A stretch of 64,000 bases of DNA, taken from contig CM059425.1 in NCBI GenBank assembly GCA_030390025.1, forward strand, positions 175,090,001 through 175,154,000. Reading direction: 5' to 3'. Source of the stretch: Squalus acanthias. Taxonomy: Eukaryota. Position numbers and translations under genes: made by a program. This document shows positions 11,035 through 23,299 of the stretch, piece by piece. The first letter of the stretch is position 1; each line of letters starts with the position of its first letter. The notes under the pieces are model-generated. The model did no database searches and was not told the DNA's origin. It was given only the letters and a program-made list of their open reading frames with translations.

Positions 11035-11069
11035 AGAGAGAGAGAGGCAGAGAGAGAGAGAGAGAGAGA
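11035..11069. repeat. (GA)n/(TC)n microsatellite at the Tx1 5' junction
   Basis: Seen directly in the sequence. Confidence 0.9.
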
Positions 11070-11088
11070 GTAAAAAGAATCGTTTATT

Positions 11089-11540
11089 AAGAAAGAGGAA
11101 AAGAAAGAATTAGTATTTATATAGCGCCTTTAAGATCTCAGGACTCCCCCAAAGCGCATTCAGCCAATGAAGTACTTTTTGAAGTGTAGTCACTGTTGTA
11201 ATGTAGGAAACACAGCAGCCAATTTGAACACTCCCATAAACAGCAATGAAATAATGACAAGATAATCTGTTTTAGTGGTTGTGGGATTAATATTGACCAG
11301 GACACCAGGGAGAACTCCCCGGTTCTCTTTCAAATAGCGCCATGAGATATTTTACATCTGCCTGAGAGGGCAGGCGGGGCCTCAGTTTAACATCTCATCC
11401 GAAAGATGGCACCTCTGACAGTGCAGCACTCCCTCAGTACTGCACTCGAGTGTCAGGTTAGATTATGTGCTCAAGTCTCTGGAGTGGGACTTGAACCCAC
11501 AACCTTCTGAGTCAGAGGTGAGAGTGCTACCACTGACACC
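11089..11540 (-). mobile_element. tRNA-derived DeuSINE (SacSINE1-like)
   Basis: On the minus strand: B-box GGTTCAAGTCCC, Deu-like core (GTGCCATCTTTCGGATGAGATGTTAAAC) and an L2-like tail (GCGCTATATAAAT...TTCTTT). Confidence 0.75.
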
Positions 11541-13118
11541 TAATTAAAATATATAAATAAGATTACACAGTGTTATGTTTGGGGTTTTATCTATTGCTGC
11601 ATGGTGCCTATATTACCAATGTTAATAGAGAGTCTGAGGTCTGCAATCAGATGGAAGTAAGTAGACAACTGTAAAACCATCTACCTCTGTGTGATACAAA
11701 GACTAGAGATTACTTAAAGATCCTCTAAAGAGTTGATATGTATTTCTTATTTAAATATATAAAATTAATACAAATACTAATTAAATAGTGACTTAGGGTG
11801 CATATTTAGTGTAACTGCAAAGGGGCTGTGTACCCCCCCAAAATTAAAGGGAACATTGGCCCTTGGACATCCTGGGCACTTTTTAAACTTACCTAAAATT
11901 GATTTAAATATTTCGACCGTACAGATGTTCTTTCTCATGCTCTCAAAACCTTTGGACCTTGAATTTCCATCTGGCCAGTGGCATACCTGAGGTAGAATTC
12001 TCAAGGACAACTGGAAGGGGTGGAAAATGGGGTGGGACCCGCTAACGCCAGGTCCGTGCTCCGAAGAGCAGGCGGGAGGAGTTAACTCTAGGGGCATGAC
12101 TGGTGGAAGTTCTATCCGCCTTCTGGAAGTCTGGTGTTCAAAAAAGAGGTGAGGACACTGGGATGACATTACCCGCCAGATTTCAAACTGCTCCTGTCTC
12201 CTCTCCTCCGAATAAACTGGACACCAGCAAAATACAATTATAGGTGGCAATGAGCCTCTGTGCAGGCTGCAAGTGCTCAAAGCAGCTCAGAGCAGTATTT
12301 TGGCGTGTAATGTACCTCAGCAGGTGTGACATTAGGACCATGCAACGAGTGCAATTGCACGGGGCCCCCGAACTAGTCAAGGGGCCTGAGCAGATTCAGA
12401 TAAAGGGTAGCAACACAATGGTAATAGCTGATCTCTGAACATCCAAGCTCTTTCTCCTCATTACATTTAGTTAAGCCGTAAGGGTGAAGAAAGGCAACTT
12501 TTATAACTTACGCAAATGATTAGACCATGGGGCCATATTATTTTACTTACTGAGAGGTGCGTGAGCCGAGCAGAATATTTGCAGCTCTCTTATGATAAGG
12601 GTCGTAATCCAGGGGACTTGCAGCAGCTGGCTGAGGGCTCCAACCTCAGTGCTCACCTTCTCACCTACCCCACTCATTCTCCCTCAGTCATGGCTGAGGT
12701 GAGAGAAGAAGACAAATTCAGTTCTCACAAACTGTTAAGTACCACTCAACTGCTTAGATAAGACCTCGCTGCAGCTAAAGCATGAAACATTAGTCTCTGA
12801 CTTATCAGATGGCTCATACACTGAAACAACATTGGTGTTTCAAGACATTATAATCGTTCAATGTTATTTACTTTTCTGTTAGCTATCGCTTATCATTTTG
12901 TCAACTATTTTTATACGACCTATTACAAACATGCTTTTTCACAATCTTACGTGTATGGATTTGACACCAAGTTATGTGGGTAGTATCAAGTATCATAGTC
13001 TAGTAAAATGTAGAGGTCCCAACCAGGACCTTTTCATAGGGCCCCCGCAAGGCGAACGCTGCTCCTGCACATCAGGTGCAGAGTAGTCCTCAGGCCTCTA
13101 GGGACCTGAAGCCCATTT

Positions 13119-15640
13119 CATAAGAACATAAGAACATAAGAAATAGGAGCAGGAGTAGACCAATCGACCCCTCGAGCCTGCTCCGCCATTCAATGATATC
13201 ATGGCTGATCTGATCCAACCTCAACTCTAAAGAACACAAGAAGTAGGAGCAGGACCAGGCCACTCGGCCCCTGGGCCCGCTCCGCCACCCACAGGGCCTT
13301 GACCGATCCGAACTCAAACTCATGTCCAATTTCCAGCCCGCTCCCCGTAACCCCTAATTCCCTTTACATCTAGGAAATGGTCTATTTCTGTTTTAAATTT
13401 ATTTAATGAAGTAGCTTCCACAGCTTCCTGGAAGTAGCAAATTCCACAGACCCACTACCCTCTGAGTGAAAAAGTTTCTCCTCATCTCAGTTTTGAAAGA
13501 GCAGCCCCTTATTCTAAGATTATGTCCCCTAGTTCTAGTTTCACCCATCATTGGGAACATCCTCACCGCGTCCACCCGATCAAGCCCCTTCACAATCTTA
13601 TATGTTTCAATAAGATCGCCTCTCATTCTTCTGAACTCCAATGAGTAGAGTCCCAATCTACTCAACCTCTCCTCATATGTCCACCCCCTCATCCCCGGAA
13701 TTAACCGAGTGAACCTTCTTTGTACTGCCTCGAGAGCAAGTATGTCTTTTCTTAAGTATGGACACCAAAACTGTATGCATTACTCCAGGTGCGGTCTCAC
13801 CAATACCTTTATATAACTGCAGCAATACCTCCCTGTTTTTATATTCTATCCCCCTAGCAATAAAAGCCAACATTCCATTGGCTTTCTTGATCACCTGCTG
13901 CACCTGCATACTAACTTTTTGATTTTCTTGCACCAAGACCCCCAGATCCCTTTGTACTGCAGTACTTTCCAGTTTCTCGCCGTTAAGATAATAACTTGCT
14001 CTCTGATTTTTCCTGCCAAAGTGCATAACCTCACATTTTCCAATATTGTATTGCATCTGCCAAATCTCTGCCCACTCACCCAGCCTGTCTATATCCCCTT
14101 GTAGGTTTTTTATGTCCTCCTCACTCTCTACTTTCCCTCCCATCTTTGTATCATCTGCAAACTTTGATATGTTACACTCGGTCCCCTCCTCCAAATCGTT
14201 AATATAGATTGTAAAGAGTTGGGGACCCAGCACCGACCCCTGCGGAACACCACTGGCTACTGGTTGCCAGTCCGAGAATGAACCATTTATCCCAACTCTC
14301 TGCTTCCTGTTAGATAACCAATCCTCCACCCATGCCAGAATATTACCCCCAATCCAGTGATTTTTTATCTTGAGTAATAATCTTTTATGTGGCACCTTGT
14401 CGAATGCCTTCTGGAAGTCTAAATACACTACATCCACTGGTTCCCCTTTATCCACCCTGTACATTATGTCCTCAAAGAACTCGAGCAAATTTGTCAGACA
14501 TGACTTCCCCTTCATAAAGCCATGCTGACTTTGTCCTATTAAATTATGTTTATCTAAATGTTCTGTTACTGTCTCCTTAATAATAGACTCCAAAATTTTA
14601 CCCACCACAGATGTTAGGCTAACTGGTCTATAAATACCAGCCTTCTGCCTACAACCCTTTTTAAATAAGGGTGTTACATTAGCAGTTTTCCAATCTGCCG
14701 GGACCTTTGCTGAGTTCAGGAAGTTTTGGAAAATTATTACCAAAGCATCCACAATTCCTACTGCCACTTCCCTCAAGACCCTAGGATGTAAGCCATCAAG
14801 TCCAGGGGATTTATCCGCCTTGAGTCCCATTATTTTACTGAGTACCAATTCCTTCGTGATTTTAATCGTATTTAGCTCCTCCCCCACTAGAGCCCCCTGT
14901 TTGTCCAGTGTTGGGATATTCTTAGTGTCCTCTACCGTAAAGACTGAAACAAAATATTTGTTCAGCATTTTTGCCATCTCCATGTTTCCCACCATTAATT
15001 TCCCGGTCTCATCCTCTAAGGGACCTACGTTTGCCTTAACCACCCTTTTACTTTTTATATAACTATAGAAACTCTTGCTATCTGTTTTTATATTTTTTGC
15101 TAATTTATTTTCATAGTCTATTTTCCCTTTCTTAATCAATCCTTTAGTTACTTTTTGCTGTCTTTTGAAGACTTCCCAATCTTCTATCCTCCCACTAACT
15201 TTGGCTACCTTATATGTCCTTGTTTTTAGTTGGATACTTTCTTTAATTTCTTTACTTAGCCATGGATGGCTGTCATTTCTTTTACACCCTTTTTTCCTCA
15301 GTGGAATATATTTATTTTGAAAGTTGTAAAATAACTCCTTGAATGAACACCACTGCTCATGTACCGTCTTACCCTTTAATCTATTTTCCCAGTCCACTTT
15401 AATCAATTCTGCTCTCATACCATCATAGTCTCCTTTATTCAAGCTCAGTATGCTTGTTTGAGAACCAACCTTCTCACCCTCTAATTGGATATGGAATTCA
15501 ACCATGTTATGGTCACTTATTCCAAGGGGATCCTTAACTAGGACATTATTAATTAATCCTGACTCATTACACAGGACCAGGTCCAAGGTTGCTTGCCCCC
15601 TTGTAGGATCAGTTACATACTGCTCAAGAAATCCATCCCC
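13119..15640 (-). mobile_element. 5'-truncated CR1 LINE with long RT reading frame and doubled 3' terminal module
   Basis: Motifs [28 protein letters not shown] and FADD; (TTCTTATG)n tail; frameshift near 13810. Confidence 0.92.
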
Positions 15641-16059
15641 AGTGCGTTGGGCACCTGCCATTACATTATCAACCCCAGTGTGTCCTGTGGAGAGATGTTT
15701 CATGAAAAAGGGAAGGCGCAAGCTAATATTTTCCTAAGCTTTGGATTTTTGGTTCTCAATATAAAAACCCACCCTCGAGCCCAATAGAACAGTCTACTTA
15801 TTCAATAATTGTAGGTAAGGCCTGTTAAATTGATTTTTTTCACTGAAGGGTACTATAATTTGTATTTTGTGTCTCTAAAACACACAGACAGCAAGGGAAG
15901 AAATGAAAGACAGATTACTTAATATCTATGACTTTTGGTTTGATGAGAAAATGTCTATTTTCTAACTATCTATTCAATAATTGTAATGTGGCTGACTCAA
16001 TGAAATCATTTTGATGGTGAATACCAAGTATTAGTAATTCTAAGCATGAATGTCACAAT

Positions 16060-16620
16060 GGCCCGGATTTTGTGTTATGAAGAACAGTGAGGCTATCAGT
16101 GCTCACTTTTATTATGGAGTAAATCGGACAGTAAACTCTGGAGTCCACACATGTGCAGTTAAACATGGAAACCCGGAAGTTGCTGTCCGACTTGCCCTGC
16201 TCTTCCACAAGCTTCGCTATACCGGTACCTCGCCCAGAGACTCGGTAATCAAACACATGAAGGGCGTGAAGTTGCAGTACTTACCCACTAGATGCCCACT
16301 AAACACGCCAGTAAAAGTTAGGGCTTGTGCATTCAAATGTAAATGAATTTTTAATGGCCGATATGTCTTAATTACTACCAAACAACCTCTCTGGCACATA
16401 AAATTTACTTCTACATGTGTGGAGTCTCATTTCTTCTGATTTTAATTATTGTTGGAGATTTAAAAAAAATTAAAATTAACATAACTTTTTTACTCTTTCT
16501 TTCTGTCTTTTTTCTCTCTCTCTTAATCCCATCTTTCTTTCCTCTCTTTATTTAGCTTCTGTACATAATTTTACATTAAATTGAATATTCTAACTTACTC
16601 CTCCTGGTTTAGACTCTGCG
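16060..16620. mobile_element. Partial non-autonomous DNA transposon (Harbinger-type MITE family)
   Basis: Starts GGCCCGGATTTTG, the same terminus as the element at 22275-23073. Shares GAAGTTGCTGTC blocks with 55732-56928. Confidence 0.5.
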
Positions 16621-16863
16621 GCCGAGATTTTCCGGGGAGGTCAGCGGGCACGATCAGTGGCGGGTCGGGTGGGAAAGTGTTTTTTCCCCCAGTGGGTCGG
16701 GACCCCACTGTGAACCCACCACCACACGTCTTTACCAAATATTGGGTCTGTCAGCACTGAGCAGACCTGACACACAGCAGCAGGGGAGCCAATTTAAATG
16801 ATTAGTGGCTTGTTACAGCCACTTAACAATGGTTTTAAACTGACTTTTTGAATTTGAACGGCT

Positions 16864-19800
16864 GCAGGGCATTCTGAAGGGGGAGGGCGAACAGTCAGAG
16901 GTCGTGGTTCACATTGGTACCAACGACATGGGTAGAAAGAGGGATGAGGTCCTGCAACAAGAATTTAGGGAGCTAGGTAGCAGATTAAAAAGCAGGACCT
17001 CAAAGGTTGTAATCTCTGGATTACTCCCGGTGCCACGTGCTAGTGAGTATAGGAATAGGAGGATAGAGCAGATGAATGCGTGGCTAAAGCGTTGGTGCAG
17101 GAGGGAGGGCTTTAGTTTCCTGGATCACTGGGTCTGCTTCTGGGGAAGGTGGGACCTGTACAAGTCAGACGGGTTGCACCTGAACCGGAACGGGACCAAC
17201 ATCCTTGCGGGGAGGTTTGCTCGTACTGTTGGGGGTTGGGATATGGAGTGGAGCTATAGTAGGGGGTGATGCACAGCCAAATATAGAGGAAAAAACAAGT
17301 CAGCTTGGAAGGCAGAGCAAATATGTAATGGCACAAAGGAGTATGGCAAGGCTGGATGGCATTTATTTTAATGCAAGGAGTCTTGCAAGTAAGGCAGATG
17401 AATTGAAGGTGTTGATGAACACATGGGAGTATGATATTGTTGCTATCACAGAGACATGGTTGAGGGAGGGGCAAGACTGGCAGCTCAATATTCCGGGGTA
17501 TAGAATCTTCAGGCGAGACAGAGGGAGGTGTAAAAGAGGAGGGGATGTCGCAATATTAATCAAGGAGTCAATTACTGCTGTAAGGAGGGATGATATCTTA
17601 GCAGGTTCCTCTAATGAGGCCATACGGGTAGAACTTAAAAACAAAAAGGGGACAAGCACTTTGCTGGGAGTATACTATAGGCCCCCAAACAGTCAGGGGG
17701 AGATAGAGGAACAGATATGTAGGCAAATCTCAGAGAAGTGTAGAAATAATAGGGTAATAATAGTAGGGGATTTCAACTTCCCCAATATTAACTGGGATAG
17801 TCAGAGTGTGAAAGGCTTAGAGGGTGCGGAATTCTTAAAGTGCACCCAGGAGAGCTTTATGAGCCAGCATGTAGAAAGTCCTACAAGAGAGGGGGCGGTA
17901 CTGGACCTAATTCTAGGGAATGTAGCCGGGCAAGTGGTAGAAGTGTCAGTAGGAGAGCATTTTGGTGACAGTGACCATAATTCGGTGAGATTTAAGGTAG
18001 TCGTGGAAAAGGACAAAGATGGACTGGAAATAAAGGTTCTAAATTGGGGGAAGGCCGATTTTAATATGATTAGGCAGGATCTGGCCAAAGTGGACTGGGA
18101 TCAGCTACTTGTAGGAAAATCCACATCAGAGTAGTGGGAGTCTTTCAGAAAGGAAATAGAGAGAGTACAACGCCAACATGTTCCCGTAAAGGTCAAGGGT
18201 GGGACCAACAAGCCCAGGGAACCCTGGATGTCAAGGGATATACAAGAATGGATTAGGGAAAAAAGGGAGGCTTTTGGCAGATACAAAGGACTAAAAACAG
18301 TGGAAGCCCAAGAGGAGTATAGAAAGTGCAGGGGGGTACTTAAAAAAGAAATTAGGAGAGCGAAGAGGGGGCATGAAAAAACACCGGGGGGCAAAATAAA
18401 GGAAAATCCCAAGGTGTTTTATAAGTACAGTATATTAAGGGCAAGAGGATAACCAGGGAAAGAGTAGGGCCCATTAGGGACCAAAGTGGCAATCTGTGTG
18501 TAGAGCCGGAAGATGTGGGTGAGGTTTTAAATGAATATTTTGCATCTGTGTTCACTATGGAGAAGGACGATGTAGGCATAGAAATCAGGCAGGGGGATTG
18601 TGATATACTTGAACAAATTAGTATTGAGAGGGAGGAGGTACTAACGGTTTTAGAGGGCTTAAAAGTGGATAAATCCCCAGGCAAGGATTAATCAAGGATA
18701 GCCAGCATAGCTTTGTCAGGGGGAGATCATGTCTGACCAATTTGATTGAATTTTTTGAGGGGGTGACTAGGTGTGTGGATGAGAGTAGTGCAGTTGATGT
18801 GGTCTACATGGACTTCAGTAAGGCTTTTGACAAAGTCCCGCATGGGAGACTAGTCAAGAAGATAAAAGCCCATGGGATCCAGGGCAACTTGGCACATTGG
18901 ATCCAAAATTGGCTTAGTGGCAGGAGGCACAGGGTGATGGTCGAAGGTTGTTTTTGTGACTGGAAGCCTGTGTCCAGTGGTGTACCGCAGGGATCGGTGC
19001 TGGGTCCTTTGCTGTTTGTAGTGTACATTAATGATTTAGATATGAATGTAGGAGGTATGATCAGTAAGTTTGCAGATGACACGAAAATTGGTGGAGTGGT
19101 AAATAGCGAGGAGGGAAGCCTTAGGCTACAGGACGATATAGACGGGTTGGTCAGATGGGCAGAACAGTGGCAAATGGAATTTAACCCTGAAAAGTGTGAG
19201 GTGATGCATTTTGGGAGGACTAACAAGGCAAGGGAATACAGAATCAATGGTAGGACCCTAGGAAGGACAGAGAATCAGAGGGACCTTGGCGTGCATGTAC
19301 ATAGATCCCTGAAGGCAGCAGGACAGGTAGATAAGGTGGTTAAAAAGGCATATGGGATACTTGCCTTCATTAGCCGAGGCATAGAATATAAGAGCAGGGA
19401 GGTTATGATGGAGCTGTACAAAACGCTAGTTAGGCCACAGCTGGAATACTGTGTGCAGTTCTAGTCGCCACACTATAGGAAGGATGTGATTGCATTGGAG
19501 AGGGTGCAGAGGAGATTCACCAGGATGTTACCTGGGCTGCAGCGCTTCAGCTATGAAGAGAGACTGGACAGGCTGGGGTTGTTTTCCTTAGAGCAGAGAA
19601 GGCTAAGGGGGGACCTGATTGAGGTGTACAAAATTATGAGGGGCATAGATAGGGTAGATAGAAAGGAACTTTTCCCCTTAGTAGTGGAGTCAATAACCAG
19701 GGGGCATAGTTTCAAGGTAAGGGGCAGGAGGTTTAGAGGGGATTTGAGGAAAAACTTTTTCACCCAGAGGGTGGTTGGAATCTGGAATTCACTGCCTGAA

Positions 19801-19979
19801 AGGATGGTAGAGGCAGGAACCCTCACAATATTCAAGAAGCATTTAGATGAGCACTTGAAACGCCATAGCATACAAGGCTACAGACCAAGTGTTGGAAAAT
19901 GGGATTAGAATAAATAGGGCTTGATGGCCGGAATAGCACGATGGGCCAAAGGGCCTCTTTCTGTGCTGTATAACTCTAT
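16864..19979 (+). mobile_element. CR1 LINE (ORF1 SGNH-esterase end, endonuclease, RT), decayed
   Basis: Motifs VHIGTND...DGLHLN, YFNARSL, ITETW, GDFN, SDH and FADD. There is an internal deletion near 18682. The (CTCTATGA)n tail is split by the MITE and resumes at 20753-20768. Confidence 0.92.
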
Positions 19980-20752
19980 GGGGGAAAAATTCAGCTGCTT
20001 GCGCCTCCCGTTAGCGCCTTAAGAGGGCGCTAATGGGGCGTAAAGCAGCTAACGCCCGGGCGCAGCGCCGCTCACGCCTCCCGAAAAATTCAGCGGGAGG
20101 TTAGCGGCGGCGCCAGCCGGTAGCGCCCTGTGGCGCTGCGCCGCCGGCGATGACGTCATCGCCGTGCGCAGCACCCCGCTCGCGCTCCAGCCGCGATCTT
20201 CAGTCGCGCCCCCTGATTTACCGCCAGACGCTATGTCCGACGGGTTCAGGGAGGCGTACGTGCGGCCGGGGCGGCGATATTTAAAGGGGAGGTGGCAGGC
20301 GGCCATTTTTGTTGCTGGCCGCCTGCCAGCACCTGCCCCCGTTGCTGTCCCCGGCCCCCGTGAAGCCCCCCCACCGTGAAGTGCCGGCTGCGCTCCAAGA
20401 GCCCGGCACTTCTCTTGAGTGCCGGGCTCTTTTGCCGGCACTCCCGATCCCTGGGGGCCCAGCTGGGCCCCGGTTCGCGCTGCGCAGGGTCCCTCCCCTT
20501 TAAGAAGGGGAGGAAGGCCTGCAATACCGCGGCGCGACGTGCCGCAGCGCGTGGCGCTGCGGCACGTAGCGCCAGGATATTCCCTCGCAGCGCCCCAAGA
20601 GGGATGCGGGGTGCTTCCAGTGGCGCCCCGCTTCCCTCTTGGGGCGCAACCACTGAAGTTCCGGCGCGGGGCCGCTAATTTTTTCGGGGCGCTAAAAGTC
20701 GCGCCCCGGCGAGGTTAACGCCCCAAATGGGGCGCGACTCAATTTTTACCCC
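19980..20752. mobile_element. Non-autonomous Harbinger MITE related to the 380-4581 element
   Basis: TIRs GGGGGAAAAATT and AATTTTTACCCC, with a TAT target duplication (19977-19979, 20753-20755). The first ~90 bp and last ~35 bp are close matches to the autonomous element. Confidence 0.9.
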
Positions 20753-20769
20753 TATGACTCTATGACTCA

Positions 20770-21730
20770 ATTCCCTTTTGAAAGTTTCTATTGAAACTGC
20801 TTACATCACCCTTTCAGGCAGTGCATTCCAGATCACAACAACTTGCTACGTCAAAAATATTCTCTTCTTCTCCCATCTGGTTCTTTTGCCAATTATCTCA
20901 AATTTGCGTCCTCTGGTTACGGACCCTCCTACCCGTGGAAACAGTTTCTACTTATTTACTCTATCAAAACTCCTCATAATTTTGAATACCTCAATTAATT
21001 CTCCTCTTAACCTTCACTGCCCTAAGGAGAATAATCCCGGCTTCTCTTGTCTTTCAACATAACCGAAGTCCCTCATCTCTGGTATCATTCGAGTAAAACT
21101 CTTCTGCACCCTCTCTGAGGTTTTAACATCCTTCCTAAACTGTGGTGTGCAGAATTAGACAAAATACTCCAGCTTAGGCCCAACCAGGCTTAGCATAACA
21201 TCCTTGCTTTTGTACTCTATGCCTCTATTTATAAAGCCCAGTATCCCATATGCTTTTTTAACAGCCTTCTAAACTTGTCCTGCCACCTTCAAAGATTTGT
21301 GTATGTGAACCCCCAGGACTCTTTGTTCCTGGACAACCTTTAAAATGTCACCATTTAGTTTATACTGCCTCACCTCATCCTTCCAAAATGCATAATTTCA
21401 CACTTCTCTGCATTTAATTTCATCTGCCATGTGTCTGCCCATTTCACCAGTTTGTCTATGTTCTCCTGAAGTCTGCTACAATCCTCCTCACTGTTAACTA
21501 CATTTCTGGGTTTTGTTTCATCTGCAAACTTTGAAATTATGCCCTGTATTCTCAAGTCCAGGTCATTAATATATATCAAAAAGAGTCGTGGACCTAATAC
21601 CAACCTTTGGGAGACACCACTGTATACTTCCCTCCAGTCTGAAAATAACTGTTCACCACTACTCTCTGCTTTCTGTCTCTTAGCTAATTTCATATCCATG
21701 TTGCCACTGTCCCTTTAATCCCATGGGCTT
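20770..21730 (-). mobile_element. Decayed CR1 RT/3' fragment
   Basis: SGVSQ..VLGP, ISKFADE and KCEIMHFG remnants on the minus strand. Confidence 0.8.
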
Positions 21731-21799
21731 CATGATGCTAGAAAAACCCCAGTGGTGGAGTGCTTTGGGAACCATAGGTCCCAAGTCACCTGTCCCAAG

Positions 21800-22271
21800 C
21801 ATGCTGCAGTTACCACATATCCTGTCTCAAATTATTCCCTGTACTATAATCCAATATGTTATTTTCTGAAAGATATCTATCTAATTTGCATTGAATTAAT
21901 CAATACTGACTGCTCCCACCGTCGTCCTATGATGCCTGTTCCATAGATTTTCCATTCCTTTAGAATCCTAAAAACAGCAATTATATCACCTCTCATCCTT
22001 CTCTTTTCCAGTGAGAACATACCCAATTTATCTAATCACTCCTCATAATCAATTCCCTCAATCATTCGGGTTGTTTTTTTATATCCTTTCCATAGCTACA
22101 ATATCCTTTTGTACTGAGGTGACTAGACCTGTACTAAGTGTGGTTGCGCCAATGATTTATTAAGTGGCAGGAGTACCTCAGTATTTGGCTCAATAATGAT
22201 CTTCTAATAAATTCCAACATCTGATTGGCTTTACTCATTGCCACCGAACATTCTTGAATTAGCTTCAATTT
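21800..22271 (-). mobile_element. Old CR1 3' fragment, interrupted by the MITE at 22275
   Basis: Remnant KANQMLEFIRRS. CR1-like sequence continues at about 23077-23120. Confidence 0.5.
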
Positions 22272-22274
22272 ATT

Positions 22275-23073
22275 GTCCCGTAATTTACGGTCAGCGGCGA
22301 TGCGACGATGATCGCCGCTGACCTCGAAGAAAGGTACCCACAGAGATCTTTGTGGCGAAACCTTTAGGTTTATCGACGTGTAATTGATTGTAGCGCTGTC
22401 AATAGGGGATTCCGAGCATGATGCAGCAGTGATGTCATCAAGCTTTCTAAGCAGCCAATCACATTGAAGAATTCTCACAGACAGCAAACCAGGAAATGAA
22501 AAGCAGTTTCTCTGCAGTTTTTAAAAATGTTACAGAGAGTGAAATAAAGATTGGGGTTAAGGTAGAAGCTGAAATATCATGAACACACTTAAAAAAAAAT
22601 TATTTAAAAAAAAATCTAGTAATTTTTATTGTAATGGAGAAATTTGACATTCCACAAATATAAAAATTAGTTTTTCAGGGTCAGAACAGTTGTTTAGCAG
22701 ACAAAACGCTGTTAAACCCAGTTACACCTATTCCAACAAGGCTTAACATTTAATGGGGTGTTTAACAGCGATATTCACAGAATCACAGAATCCCCGCTGT
22801 GAGGCAACAGTGCTAACCACTATGCCACCGTGTTGCCCAGAAAAGCTCAAGTTTTTGTCATTCCACTGATTTCACTGATTGCCGGCTATGGGGGCGGGGG
22901 AGGGAAGGTCCACAGCGCAGTCTGTGTTGGAGCAGTGAATGACTGACCGCAACTTCAGGATTTCTGCGTTTAGATGCGCATACATTAAATCCTGAAGATA
23001 CGGTCAGTTTCAGAGGGGTAATGACGGCGAACGCTGACAGTTCGCCGTCATTACCCACCGCAAAATCCGGGCC
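22275..23073. mobile_element. Harbinger-type MITE (~800 bp)
   Basis: Imperfect TIRs GTCCCGTAATTTACGG and CCGCAAAATCCGGGCC, with ATT duplicated on both sides. Confidence 0.7.
22776..22838 (-). mobile_element. Internally deleted HE1-like SINE (head joined to tail)
   Basis: The minus strand reads GGGCAACACGGTGGCATAGTGGTTAGCACTGTTGCCTCACAGC then GGGGATTCTGTGATTCTGTG. Both parts match the ends of the SINE at 24401-24692. Confidence 0.7.
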
Positions 23074-23299
23074 ATTGTCAATCAGGACCCCCAGATCTCT
23101 TTTCGTTTTCCATGCACGTTATTTTCTTTCCATTCAAGTAAACAGTGAAAACATCAATGTATACGAAATGTGCAGCAAAAGGAAAGGTAGTGAACATTTG
23201 GAAGAGTAAAAGTGGGAATGTTAAACTCGAGATATCTCCAAGTGGGTAATAAAACTGGCGTTCTTAAGTATTTTGCCAATTTCTTCTTCAAGGTCTCTG

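Noticed and set aside
11777..13110. 167 aa ORF and possible exons of a neighbouring gene
   Set aside because: No recognisable protein motifs or consistent splice pattern. The region looks like decayed repeat fragments that I cannot classify.
20049..20718. ORFs and CpG island suggesting a gene promoter
   Set aside because: They lie entirely inside the TIR-bounded MITE, and the ORFs are a by-product of high GC content.
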